The notes under the pieces were generated by a model. The model was given only the letters and a program-made list of their open reading frames with translations. It did not search any database and was not told the DNA's origin. From Oikopleura dioica (lineage: Eukaryota; Animalia; Chordata): a DNA stretch of 64,000 nt. The number at the start of each line of letters is the position of its first letter. The first letter of the stretch is position 1. The position numbers and the translations under genes are program-made. This document shows, in pieces, positions 11,109-22,314 of this stretch. The stretch spans positions 9,920,001 through 9,984,000 of the forward strand of contig OU015567.1 of the NCBI GenBank assembly GCA_907165135.1. Reading direction: 5' to 3'.

Positions 11109-11321
11109 AAGATCGATTTTGAGAGATTCGTCACCTCTATTCACAGCATATAAAACCTTTAAGGATTCAATCAAATTTGGAAAATTGTTCTTCCGATCCG
11201 CGACGATTATTCTTAAAAAAACAATATTTTACATGATTTTAATTGTTTTGGCTGTAGCATTTTTATATCTCTCTCTGAAAGTGATACTTAAAAAATTGTT
11301 CTTATAAAATTTTTTGACAAA

Positions 11322-14300
11322 TTGAAATTTAAGATGTTCTTAATCGACCTTTATTACCACGAAATTGCCACCATGATAGTCGTCGCTGTAATGTTCCTTT
11401 TGTGGTTTGAATTCAAGGTGCTATACAGAAGTAGGAGTGGGGGTGGTGGTGGCAGTCACACATTTCCCGTCGATATTATTGAAAAACCCTCATCAAATTA
11501 TAAACCGTGTCTTCGATGTGGAAGATACTTTGCAAAAAATCAATTAAAACGACATAAAGGTAAAATTTTTCGTCTGCAAGATTACAAATTTTTCATCAGA
11601 AACGAATTGCTCGAGATCCTGCGAAATTTGTTCAATGAATTTCATTGATATAACCGAGTTCAATAATCATCAGGTAAAATTTTTTTTTAAGGTTTAAAAA
11701 TTTAATTTTTTCGTAGTGCGTTAAACGAAAAACAGGAAGAATCTTCGAATTTTTCGATGCAGATTTGGTTATGCATAACGCAAAATTAAATTTCTCCAGG
11801 AAAGGCGCCATTAAACAAAATTAAATTTGGATTTCTCTATTCATGATTCGAAATAAATTTTTGCGTCACATAAATAGACAGAAAAAACTGAGTCGTAAAT
11901 GTGGATATTGCAGCATTGTTCTCCGAAAATCGGAAATGGAAATTCACAGTAAGACTTGCTGGTAGGATTTATCCTTTAAAAAGCATCTCTATTTCTTTTG
12001 TAGGGGAATTCCCTGCGGAAATTGCGGTCACAACTATCCAATCGAATTGATGACTGATCATCAGGAGCTGGGCTCGACATGATAAATCAAGTTTAAAAAT
12101 TGTAATCTTGTGATAATCTAGTTCTCAATTGCATGTTTTTGCGATTTTAAAAGTTCTCATGGACAAACTCGCTAGCCCAGATGAGAATAACTGTAAAGTA
12201 AATATTCAATTCGAAGAAGATGTAGCAGTTTCCCAACAAACGAATCTCGATGATTCAGATGACGATTGTGTATTCCATGAAAAATCATCGTCTAGTAACG
12301 ATTTGTCTGATGACGCTGATGATATTTCTCCTTTTTATGAAAATTTGACAAAAAAACAAGATAATCGTAAGTTCTCCAATAATCGAAAAATGTTTTTTTG
12401 AAATCTTTCATTTTTTTCTGAAATAGGACGCAAATCGTATGACAATGAGCTCTTCAAACGGTTAATCGATAAAACAACAGAAGAACTTATTCAGCATGTA
12501 CAACAAAAAACTGGGGAGTTTAGCAGTGAAGGCGGGGCTCCCATAAATTCAAACTATTTTGCCATAAAATTAAATTTATAAAAATACGTTTATCGGATTA
12601 AGGACCTCCCCGTCAACATTTTTTCTCAAAATCGAAAATTTCAAAACCGCCATATTTTCTTAGAAATTTTTCACGAACCTAGTCCCACGAACCTAGTCAT
12701 CAAATCCTTTCCGAGTTGATCTTAACTAACCGAAAATGTTGAAGATACAAAAAAAATACTTCTAAAAATCCGAATTCAACGAACCTAGTCCAACGAACCT
12801 AGTTCTTTGGTCAAAATTATGAAAAGCCGATTTTTGATTTTTCGAAGACTGATGACGGGGGCGTCCTTAAGAAGTGACTTTATAATCAAAATCAAAAAGC
12901 CCTATAAAAAGATAAAAAACAAATATTAAACAGGTAATGCTTTTTTTTAAAGAATAAGCGAAAATTTCCATAATTCAGTCTTGCACAAAAAATTCTGACA
13001 TTGACAACGACCGGATCCTTTTTCGCGAAAATAAATGGAGTGCCTGTCCAGTTTATTGAAGAAATCTTTGGTTCGATAAGATTTACATATGGTCAAGACA
13101 AGAATCGAAAATTTCACCATGATTTTTAAGGATGACGTCATTTTAGACGCTGGAATATTTTAAGCATTCTACGTGAAGGCTCCTTATTTCACCGTCAAAA
13201 AAACGACCGCTTATTCTATTTCGCAATCTCTATTTCATGGTTATATTTATTGATTCTTATGAAGAAATCATAAGAGTCGCTCTTTCTTCTTATGTCAGCA
13301 ATGAAATGATTGAAGAAAAGGATTATAAAAATTCTTAAAAAATTATTTAGAATAATTTTATTATTATTTTTATAAACCGATAAAAAGACAGACATCTTTA
13401 CAATAAAATGCTGAGAGAGAGTCTAAAAATGCACGCTGAATCCATCGAGTCAGCTTACAGAAACAGAAATCGACTTTTGGAAAACTTACCGCTAGATAGG
13501 AAGAAAAGAACACTAAAGCTTTCAGAAAATGCAGCTTGCCGTATCGCAAGAATCTTTTTGGAAAAGTCGATCCCTATAGGTAATCATAATTTTCTTCGAT
13601 AGCATTTTTGCTTCGTAAAATTTACGATTAACTGTCAGGTCAATCGTGCTCGCTTAAAAAAATTGGTCAACTAAACGGTAATTTAGTAAACTCAAAAATC
13701 ACCGTCGATGTTCACATGATAAACAAGCAGCTCGAAACATTCTATCAAACTTGCGGGCTGGAGATTGAATACAAAAAACTCAACGATTATTACAAACCAA
13801 TATACGTTAGCCCGAAGCATATCTTAGGTTTGATAATGTTGATGATCAAATAGTAATTATTTTAAATATTTTTAGCTGAACCGGAACAATGGCCACGGTT
13901 GCTACGAAAAATAATTAATATAAATTCCTTAAATAATTGAGTTTCTTTCTTTTAGAATTAAAAAATTTTTTCTTCTAACGATAAATTGAAGCGTAACGAC
14001 CTTGATTACAGATTTTTGATTTAATAAGAGAAGAAATGAGCAATGAAAACGATGATGAATTAAGCGACTACCTCATACAAAGTGCTCGGCCTTTTTTTAT
14101 TAAAACTGTCTCAGGAGAGATCTTAACAAACGAGTTAATTTTGATTAAAAGAAAATTTAAAATTTTTGTTTAAATCTCTACAGGAAAAGATCATTGGGCT
14201 CGTCAATGTCTTTGGCAGGATTTAAAAAAAATAAGAAAAAAGCTTGGTTATTAATTTCTTATAATATTTTTTTTAAATCCGTCAAAGTGACACATGTTAC

Positions 14301-15520
14301 AATTCAAATACCGCACTCGAAATTCTAAGCAAAGAAAACGGTTCAACCATCGACCCGATGCTGTTCTATGACAAGCTCACTTGTGGAAAAAGTATGTATT
14401 TAAAAGGGTAAAGTCATCGAATTAGGTCTTTAGAACCCCTTAACAATTTGCAACAAAATCTTTTTCGGAAATTGGAAAATTTGACTACGGAAATGGATTA
14501 TACGGATCATTCAACGATTTTGAGGCTTTCGGTCTATGTCTTTTCCGAAACCCTCAAAATCTCGTTTGAGAAGTGGACTTTTTGACGAAAAGCCGGAGGG
14601 TCCTTAAATATTTATCTAAGCGAAAAACTCGTAGGAATAGAATCGCTTTCAAGCCCATCTTGCCAAAAATTGCGATTTAAAGCCTCAAATTTCAAAAATT
14701 TAGAAATCAGAATAATTTTTAGCTTTGTTTGAAAGATATCATTGTTCTGAAGAAAAAAAATATAAGAAAAAATTCGAAAACTCTGCAACTGTAAATCATC
14801 AATGCATGGCGCTATCAGTCGAGGATGCTGTTTCTCAAATCCCTTTAAAAAACGAATATTACAGGTAGACTCAGCGTTTATTTTCCAAAATTTGCAAAAT
14901 TTAAGATTTTCGCATTTTACAAAAAATGAAGACAAAGAAAACGAGGATCAAAAAATAGGACCGGTTCTCAACAATAAGATTCAATAATGATCAAAATAGC
15001 GAACTGAAAGTAAATGAGTAAAAAACCGATTCAAAGATAAAAGGGGAAAAGCAATTTTTATCCCAAAAGGGAGCATCGATGGAAAAAAAACAAAAGTTGA
15101 AACTTACGATTTTATAATAAAGTCGATTTCCGAGGCCCTATTCCATCATTACGGTAAAATTGTAAGATAATATAAATAATAATAAATTATTTATTTAGAC
15201 AAAAGAGTCTTCAAACAATCTGGATTATCAATAACTGCGAAATCTCCAAACTTACCTCCGGGACATATTGTCATGGAGATTGATTTTGCTAGGTCCCAGA
15301 GAATTTTTATTTTATGAAATTTTAAATTATTTAATATAGATCAATTGGATTGCCACATTTCCGCAGCACTCACAGCTCCTTCCTACAGAATCGTTCAATC
15401 GGGTCGCTGACAATTAATGCCTATTTTTTCGACTTTGCGTCGATGGCTTGGAATCGAATGGTCGTTCATCACAGGATTGGAAATGGCGGGGGGAAGCGGA
15501 ATATCACTCGCGTAAGCCAG
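11322..15520 (+). CDS. Multi-exon gene with 3-4 C2HC-type zinc fingers, an acidic tract and a long uncharacterised (possibly transposase-like) region; may be degenerate
   Basis: Small GT-AG introns join CLRCGRYFAKNQLKRHK|ETNC, CEICSMNFIDITEFNNHQ|C, CGYCSIVLRKSEMEIHSKTC and CGNCGHNYPIELMTDHQ. Further in-phase exons follow around 12155-12520, 12980-13090, 13390-13830, 14280-14570 and 15200-15520. 3' extent uncertain. Confidence 0.5.
12602..12866. mobile_element. 265 bp non-autonomous TIR element (MITE) with TTAA target-site duplication, Kolobok-like termini
   Basis: TTAA|GGACCTCCCCGTCA ... TGACGGGGGCGTCC|TTAA: 14 bp TIR with 2 mismatches, GG..CC ends, TTAA on both sides. Confidence 0.8.
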
Positions 15521-17908
15521 AAAAATTGAGATCGCCACTTCACGTGATGGCGCCACAGAGATCCTGATAAACAAAATTTTCTGTGTCGCGCAAATGTGAA
15601 AAAATCCACAAAGTCTACCGCCATTTCTAACCCTGATTTATCTTTTTATGACGAAAAAAAATCGTCATTCAATTATCGAGGTAAAAAAAGCTGAAGGCAT
15701 TAAGTCATAATGCAATTAAAAATCACCAAAAAAAATCAAATTATTCGCATAATTACACATTATATGCGTTAATTGATCAAGAAGAAGATTAATCTCAATA
15801 AGATAATATTTTAAAGGCAGCTGAGACTGTGCTCGAGATTCTTGAATTGAAGAAGATCCTGCTTACTAATCGTTTGTTGACGATGGTTCTTGATAACTCA
15901 ATTTCCGTGCTAGGGTTAGCACCGTCCACCTTTTTCCGAGGTTAGCTTATTTAAATATCCAGAGTTAAAATCTTTTGAACTCTCTCGAGCGAAAAGACCC
16001 GTAAAGATATTATCTTAAAACGGAAAAATCGACCGAAATGAATTAAAAATATGGCTGATGGAAGTGTTTTGTAAAGAAGCGTCCCCTCCTTTTTCCCCCA
16101 AAAAATTAATATTTCAAAAGACACCATATTTTTGGTTCTTAATGCGATAGGTTTAATCTGCTTCAAGAACTTGATAAAAATGAAATTTGACCAAGAAAAA
16201 ATAATTTTTTTGCCAAAATTACGCGAATTTGTATTGGCAAAAGTCCAGCTTTAAAATACGACTATTTGAGTCAGAAAGTCGAGAAAGACCCCCGAAAAAT
16301 AAAGCATAAAAACAATTTTTTGGCCCGTTTTATCGACTCCCGAGGCTAAAATTATTAATCCGAAAATTCGATTTTTCGAAAAAAGCTGACAGGGGGTCTT
16401 AAAGACGGACTTAACGCCGGACCCGGTCTGAATAATCGGTGGTTGGTGCCGACCCTAGTTTCGAAAACAAAAACCGGTATGTTATTGGGTCGACCGCGGA
16501 TTTTCGTCTGCCAGTTAATCTTATATTCAAAACTCCGAAGTTTGGGTCGACAAATAAGTAAATGAAAAAAAAAGTAACTTTAATGCAGCTATAGAACAGA
16601 CGCCATTATTGAAATGAATAGTAAAATTGAATTTTTTTCTTCTATACATGTAGTATTTTTTGTCGACTCAAATTCACAGCATTCAAAATCCCTAGGAATT
16701 GTTCATGAATCTTTCTATGTTGATTTATTTCGAATTTTTAATCATGAAAAAACAGTTGACGGACTACATCGAATGCCGTCTTTTGTGGCTCAACTTCTGA
16801 GGGAGCATGAAGAATCGGCAATCGAGGTAGATTTTTAAATTTAATTATCAATACTAAGCATTTTGAAGTCTATCGATGATTTCGTAACGAGACTACAAGA
16901 ATACGAAGAGGAACATCAAAGTTCCACAGGTTGGGTCGGCATCGATCATCGTTTTTCGATTTTCGAGCAATCGAGTAAATATTTTTTATGAGAGACAACA
17001 AATTATCGATTTTCTGAAAAAGCTGTCTTTTGCTTGTTAGTGCCGACCCTTGTTTTAAGGTTTTAGAAGGTTAAAATAAGAAATAAGAATAGTTTTTAAT
17101 TGTTTTCTCGTAGGATTTTTATTAATCTCGACCGAAAGCCGCGACGCCAAAGATCAACTGCAATCGGAAATCTTGAATCCAATCGCATGAGGTCGGGATA
17201 CATATATATACTTAAGGGGGTGGTGGTCGAGACAAAGACTTTTTCAACCTAAAAACTCCAATTTTTTCAAAAATTTTTTTCTCGAATTGAAAATAAGTTA
17301 AAAAAGGTCCAATTTATGTGGGCGGCTATGTTTGAAAAAATATTTTTCGAAAAAATGGTGAAAAATTGCTTCAAACTATACCCATCTCTTGACCTAAAAA
17401 CTCGATCCCCTTATTATTTTTTCGAAATAAAACTTACCGAGAGGAAAGTTTAGACCCTTTAGCGTGTGGGCGGCTTAGTTTTAGAAAGTTCACCTTGTTA
17501 GAAAATAAAATAGTAATTGAATGAAAACATGGAGTTTACTGAAAAATCGTCATTTTTTTACGTTGCTCCTCTGTCTTCCCTTTTTCTTTCTCCTCTTTTT
17601 ACTACCGCAAAATCACTGAAGGAGATTTTATCCCGGGTCGAAAGAAAATTTAGAATTCTGCTACTGATACCATTAGTTTTAAATAAACTGTCTTTCCATA
17701 ACAGCAATTTGAGGCGAAGCATATAATTATTCATTCGAATTGAATTTTTTCAAAATTATTATTATTTTATCTATACCTCACGTAAGACAAGTGCATGCTG
17801 ATGGAAAAGCTATTGTCGCAGCTACAACTGTTTGTTTATGCATTTATTGGTAAGCTTTTTTCTAGGGACATACAGATTAATTTTAAGCTTGGACGGAAAA
17901 TTTGAATC

Positions 17909-19460
17909 TTGCGTCGAAGAAGAAAACAAAAATCAAGGTCAATTTCCCATGACAATTTGGGCGATCCATCGAATTCAACTCAAAGTCATAATAACTTCGA
18001 AACGACGAGCGAAACATCATTTTCAAGACAAAATATCTTAAAAGAGCGGAATAGAGTGGAAGAGCCGAAATCAAAGAGAGCAAGAGTCTCTTCAGAAGAA
18101 ACAACCATCAACGAAGACACACAATTTGATTACGATCAATTTAATTTTCAATTCGAGCCACAAGAATATCAAGGTATGTGATTTCTTTCTAATTTATTAA
18201 AATAATGGATATTTCAAATTATTTAAAAAATAAGGGCCGTATTTCGAAGAATTTGAGGAAGAGCCGCAGAGAGAAGAAAACGCAAGAAGAGTCTGCTTAC
18301 TCGAAAATGTGAATATTCCGACACGTGAATCAGCGGTTGACGCAGAATTGGAATATTCGAGACGTTATGGTTACGACTTGTTTCAAGAATTAAGCAATAG
18401 TTTTGATCCTGGGAATTACTATAAGTGAGTTTAATGTCTTTTTTATTTTAATCTCCTATTTAAAAATTAAGGCGCGACGTGCTAGACTCATTATTTAACA
18501 AACTCTACATGTGTCAAAAGCAAAAGAATCCATCAACAATACTTTTAAATTGTAATTTCGGCCGACAAAATCTTCCTCGAGTGCAAAATGGGGAGAAGAA
18601 CTTTTGAGAAGAGAAATTCTCGCTTTCAGAGATCTTGAAGAGCTGACGCAAACGAGGATAATTCAGCCGATTTTCCTCACAGAGGGAAATTATTTGGCAC
18701 GCAATTTCCATGATATTCCTTTCAGTTTTGTTACAGAAAATAAGAAATTTTTCTTAGTTATAACTTTTAATATTCTCATAATTGATGTTAAAATAAAAAA
18801 AAAATTAATCAATAAATTGTCTGTAAACAAAAAATAGTCATCGGGGCCATTTTTTCATTTTGGTATTGGATCGGGAGCTGCAATCAGCTATTGTCATTGA
18901 CCATTTACGTCCGACTGATTACCTGTAAGTCGCTTATAAAATTTCTCATTTTGCATAATGCAACTTGTAGTTGTAAAATTGGTTGATTAGTAGTTTTGGA
19001 TGCACATTTTCTAAATATTGAATTTAAGGCACTATGCCAGCGAGTGCTTCTTAAATTTCTACAGGAATATATGGCCAAACTCGAATCCCACACTTCGTCT
19101 CGCGAAAGTCCAAGCTCAAGGGACAAATAATTGTGCATGGGGTCGGCAACAAGCTCAGAACTTTGGAAAAGACTATTATTTTCTAGTCCGTTTTTTTAAT
19201 AACTTGAGTTCTTTTTGCCTACCCCAATTCAAGTGGTCCTCTTGCTTTAAGGTAATGAAGTTCACTCTTATTTATGAATTTTAATCTTATGATATAAGAA
19301 ACGCAGAGCTGCTGATGGGAGGATTTAGCTCGCTGTATTTTTTACAGTCGCTGAATCATTCAACATTCGAGACAAACCTTATAAGAAGAATCCATTATCA
19401 CATTGCAGTTCATGATCATCTCGACTTCCCAAATACTGTCACGATCGAGGAATAAATTTT
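17909..19460 (+). CDS. Uncharacterised multi-exon gene (acidic N-terminal part)
   Basis: Exons ..FEPQEYQ|GPYFEEFEEEPQREE..DPGNYYK| with GT-AG junctions and further open stretches to ~19460. No domain recognised. Confidence 0.35.
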
Positions 19461-19489
19461 AAGGTTGTCAAATGCTTTATCATTCATAT

Positions 19490-20158
19490 GCCAAATTATG
19501 ATTTCGACCAATCAGGAACCTCTTTTTTATAATATTGAATGCTCTTATAAAAATCCTCGTAAAAAACTACCCTTACCCCTATGCTTTTGTTTGTTTCTGC
19601 CAAATAATGATTTCGACCAATCAGGAGCCTCCATTTTATGATTTTGAATGCTTTCAAAAGAATCCTCGCAAAAAAACTACTCTTACCCCTCTGCTTTCGT
19701 TTATTTCCGCCAAATAATGATTTCGACCAATGAGGACCCTCCATTTTATGATTTTGAATGCTTTTAAAAGAATCCTCGCAAAAAACTACCCTTACCCCTC
19801 TGTAAGAAGCCTATCAGCATTCAGTATTCTGAATTATGAAAAAAAAATTTTTCAAAAACTTTCGAAAAAATTTTTTCAAAAAAATTTCTTGACAAATTTC
19901 AAAAATCTCTCGGATCCCCCTAGAACTGCTTCTGAGCTTTCATTTGAGCGTTTCAGATCGAAATTTCATCAACAAAAACTGCCCAAAATCATTGCCAGAA
20001 GATTTCACTTTCTTTTTCAGATTTCTTCGAAATCACCTGGTGAAGCGCGGCCTTAACTACACCAAAATGCTCCCCAGAAGCTACTTTATAAGTCTAGTAT
20101 AAAATTTAGACAAAAAAAAAATTTTTGTATTTCCGCCCAAAATATATTTTTTTCGTCC
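19490..20158 (-). repeat. ~670 bp repeat, copy B (inverted relative to 5474-6215)
   Basis: Reverse complement matches copy A from GGACGAAAAAAATATAT inward and carries the same ~108 bp tandem units. Confidence 0.9.
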
Positions 20159-20203
20159 TTTCTGTTCAAGTTAGACTTCCACGACACAGTCGGTTCTAGC
20201 TAG

Positions 20204-22314
20204 ATGAGAAAACAGGTGAAAATAATATTGGAAGAGATAGAAGATGCGAATGTTAACAAGCTGTATGAAAGACGAATTCAGGTTTGGGAATCGTCAGATA
20301 AGCATAATTTTCCCTCTAATAAGTGTTTGGATTGCGAATGCATGGGCGTCTTGAGACAGTCGAAGGGAAAGGTTTATTTATTTCCCGAAGAAATTCTCTC
20401 TTCCCGCAGCATCCACACTCAAAAACATCATTTGAAAGAACGAACTTACAAGTCAAAAATCGCTGAAAAACTGACCCCATCTATTCATGGCTTTTCCAAA
20501 TTCAAACAGAAGGTTTGGTACGTTGTGACTGGCTCTCTTTTTTGGATAACAGTTATGCTTCTAAGTAGGTTCTGTAATTTATGTACTGACCCTTTATTCA
20601 TTTTTAGCGAATGTAATTTCGCTCGAGAAATCTCGCGGCAAAACGACATATTTAACTTCGACCTGTCACCGAAATTATAAGAAATGCGTGCAGATGGACA
20701 CAATGGACTACTGCAGCAGTCTGATGAGGCGATGCCGAGAGACCAAGAAATTTATAATTCCAGTTCGTGTTTCAGAAATCGTCGAAATAAAAAAGAGTCC
20801 CGCCGAATATACAAAAGAAGATAACGAGCTGAATCTACGCCGTTGCCGAAAGAAAAAGTTCTACGATACAAAAATCTGCCGTCATCTTTGTTCGAGTACA
20901 CTTGTTTTGAAGACAGCAAAGACTAAATTGTTTTCACCCTGCGAGTCGATTTGCTTCGAGCTCACACGATCATTCGATTCCGCTGGTGAAGTCTGCCCCA
21001 CTGAAAAATACTGTAAAAAGGGATGTCCTTGTCCTTTCTACAAGTGCGAGAAGTTAATTAAAGCCCATCAGAAGTTGGTTCCAGTCTTTGATCTCCAAAA
21101 ATCAGAAACCCTCGAATTGGATGAAAAGAAAAATAATCAAACATCTGAAAATCTATCCGTGGACTTGATAACAAGACGTTGGGAAGGCCGTAATCGTAAA
21201 ATAAAGAAGTTTGCAATTATACTTTCTGATCTCACGGGGAGAGGCATGGAAAGTTCACTTAATGCTTCAGATTCATTTTCATCCTATGAACGGTTTGATT
21301 TACAGGTTTTTATGAAAATATGAATAAAAAAAAAACCTGATCAGTCAACAGGAGCAACCTTTCTGAATGGCGAGCACTATCTGGTCGATGCGTTTGGAAA
21401 TCTTATGAAGGTCAAAGAATCGGGCGATTCTCCTGTTTTTATTCCGAATCGAGAATATTTCAACAGAGGCTTTTTCCTTTTCCATTTTGGTTCTTCTATA
21501 AGCACTCATCAAATTGAGATTAGACGTAAAGACAATAACACGAAGGTTTTTCCCGTCGTTGTCATTTGAAAAAGGTCAAAATATTATTTGTGAAATTTTT
21601 TTTCTACCAACTTTTGATCTGTGAAAGCTCTCCTACTGGCAGATCAGACAAATGCTACTACTATGCTCTAGAGTACAACTTGAACCGTTTTGAAGAATCC
21701 CAGGGCTTCATCGCCAGCAACCATTTTAATGCTAAGACATCTTCTATAAGCTTCCGGGGAGTCTTTTATCTTATGAGTGTTAGACTCGGCGAACGCTGGA
21801 TCAAACTCTCAACAACGGTGGCTCTGAATAGAATACGCAAGAGTGAAGAAATGGAGAAGGGATGGCGGAAAAGTGAGATCAAGTTGCCCCCGGAATTTAG
21901 AGATCTTGATCCTGTTCACGTGTTTCCAATGAGCAGGCTAAAATCTTCTTTCTTATTGATTTCTTAATCTTTTTCAACCTGCTAAAGATTGATGTGGGAA
22001 AGCTCTTGCTTGTTTTGGTGACAAGAAGCATTGTGCTTTCCAATACTCTTTACTCCCTGCTATTAGAGGCTGAAGGAAAGTTCTTGACTCTCGAGAGTGA
22101 GTGGATAGGCTCTCTAATTAGATACGAACAAACGTCTGTGTGCTACTCGAGGTTGTTTTCTCAAGACGACCAATTCTATACAGACCAATTTGGAAACAAC
22201 AACGATGAATGCGAGTACTTCGTTAATGGAATTATCTACGACGAGAATATCAGTATTCAGAGCGTTGTCTTCGACGCTACCTTCAAGGTTGAATTCGATT
22301 TCGGAAATGATTAA
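20204..22314 (+). CDS. Membrane-anchored Cys-rich (CPT..C..GCPC..Y.C) protein with a downstream beta-propeller-like region
   Basis: ORFs 20204-20680 (TM segment VWYVVTGSLFWITVMLL) and 20688-21323 join via a GT-AG intron. CPTEKYCKKGCPCPFYKC module; further exons to 22314. Confidence 0.55.

Noticed and set aside
13645-13656. GTGCTCGCTT resembling the U6 5' end
   Set aside because: Match ends after 10 nt and lies within a coding exon.
16445-17050. Repeated GCCGACCC/GGGTCG(A/G)C motifs as TIRs
   Set aside because: Only 9-14 bp matches in mixed orientations with no TSD.
17212-17490. Repeat-like tract with two GTGGGCGGCT motifs
   Set aside because: Probably a TE remnant, but no second copy, TIR or TSD was found in the window.
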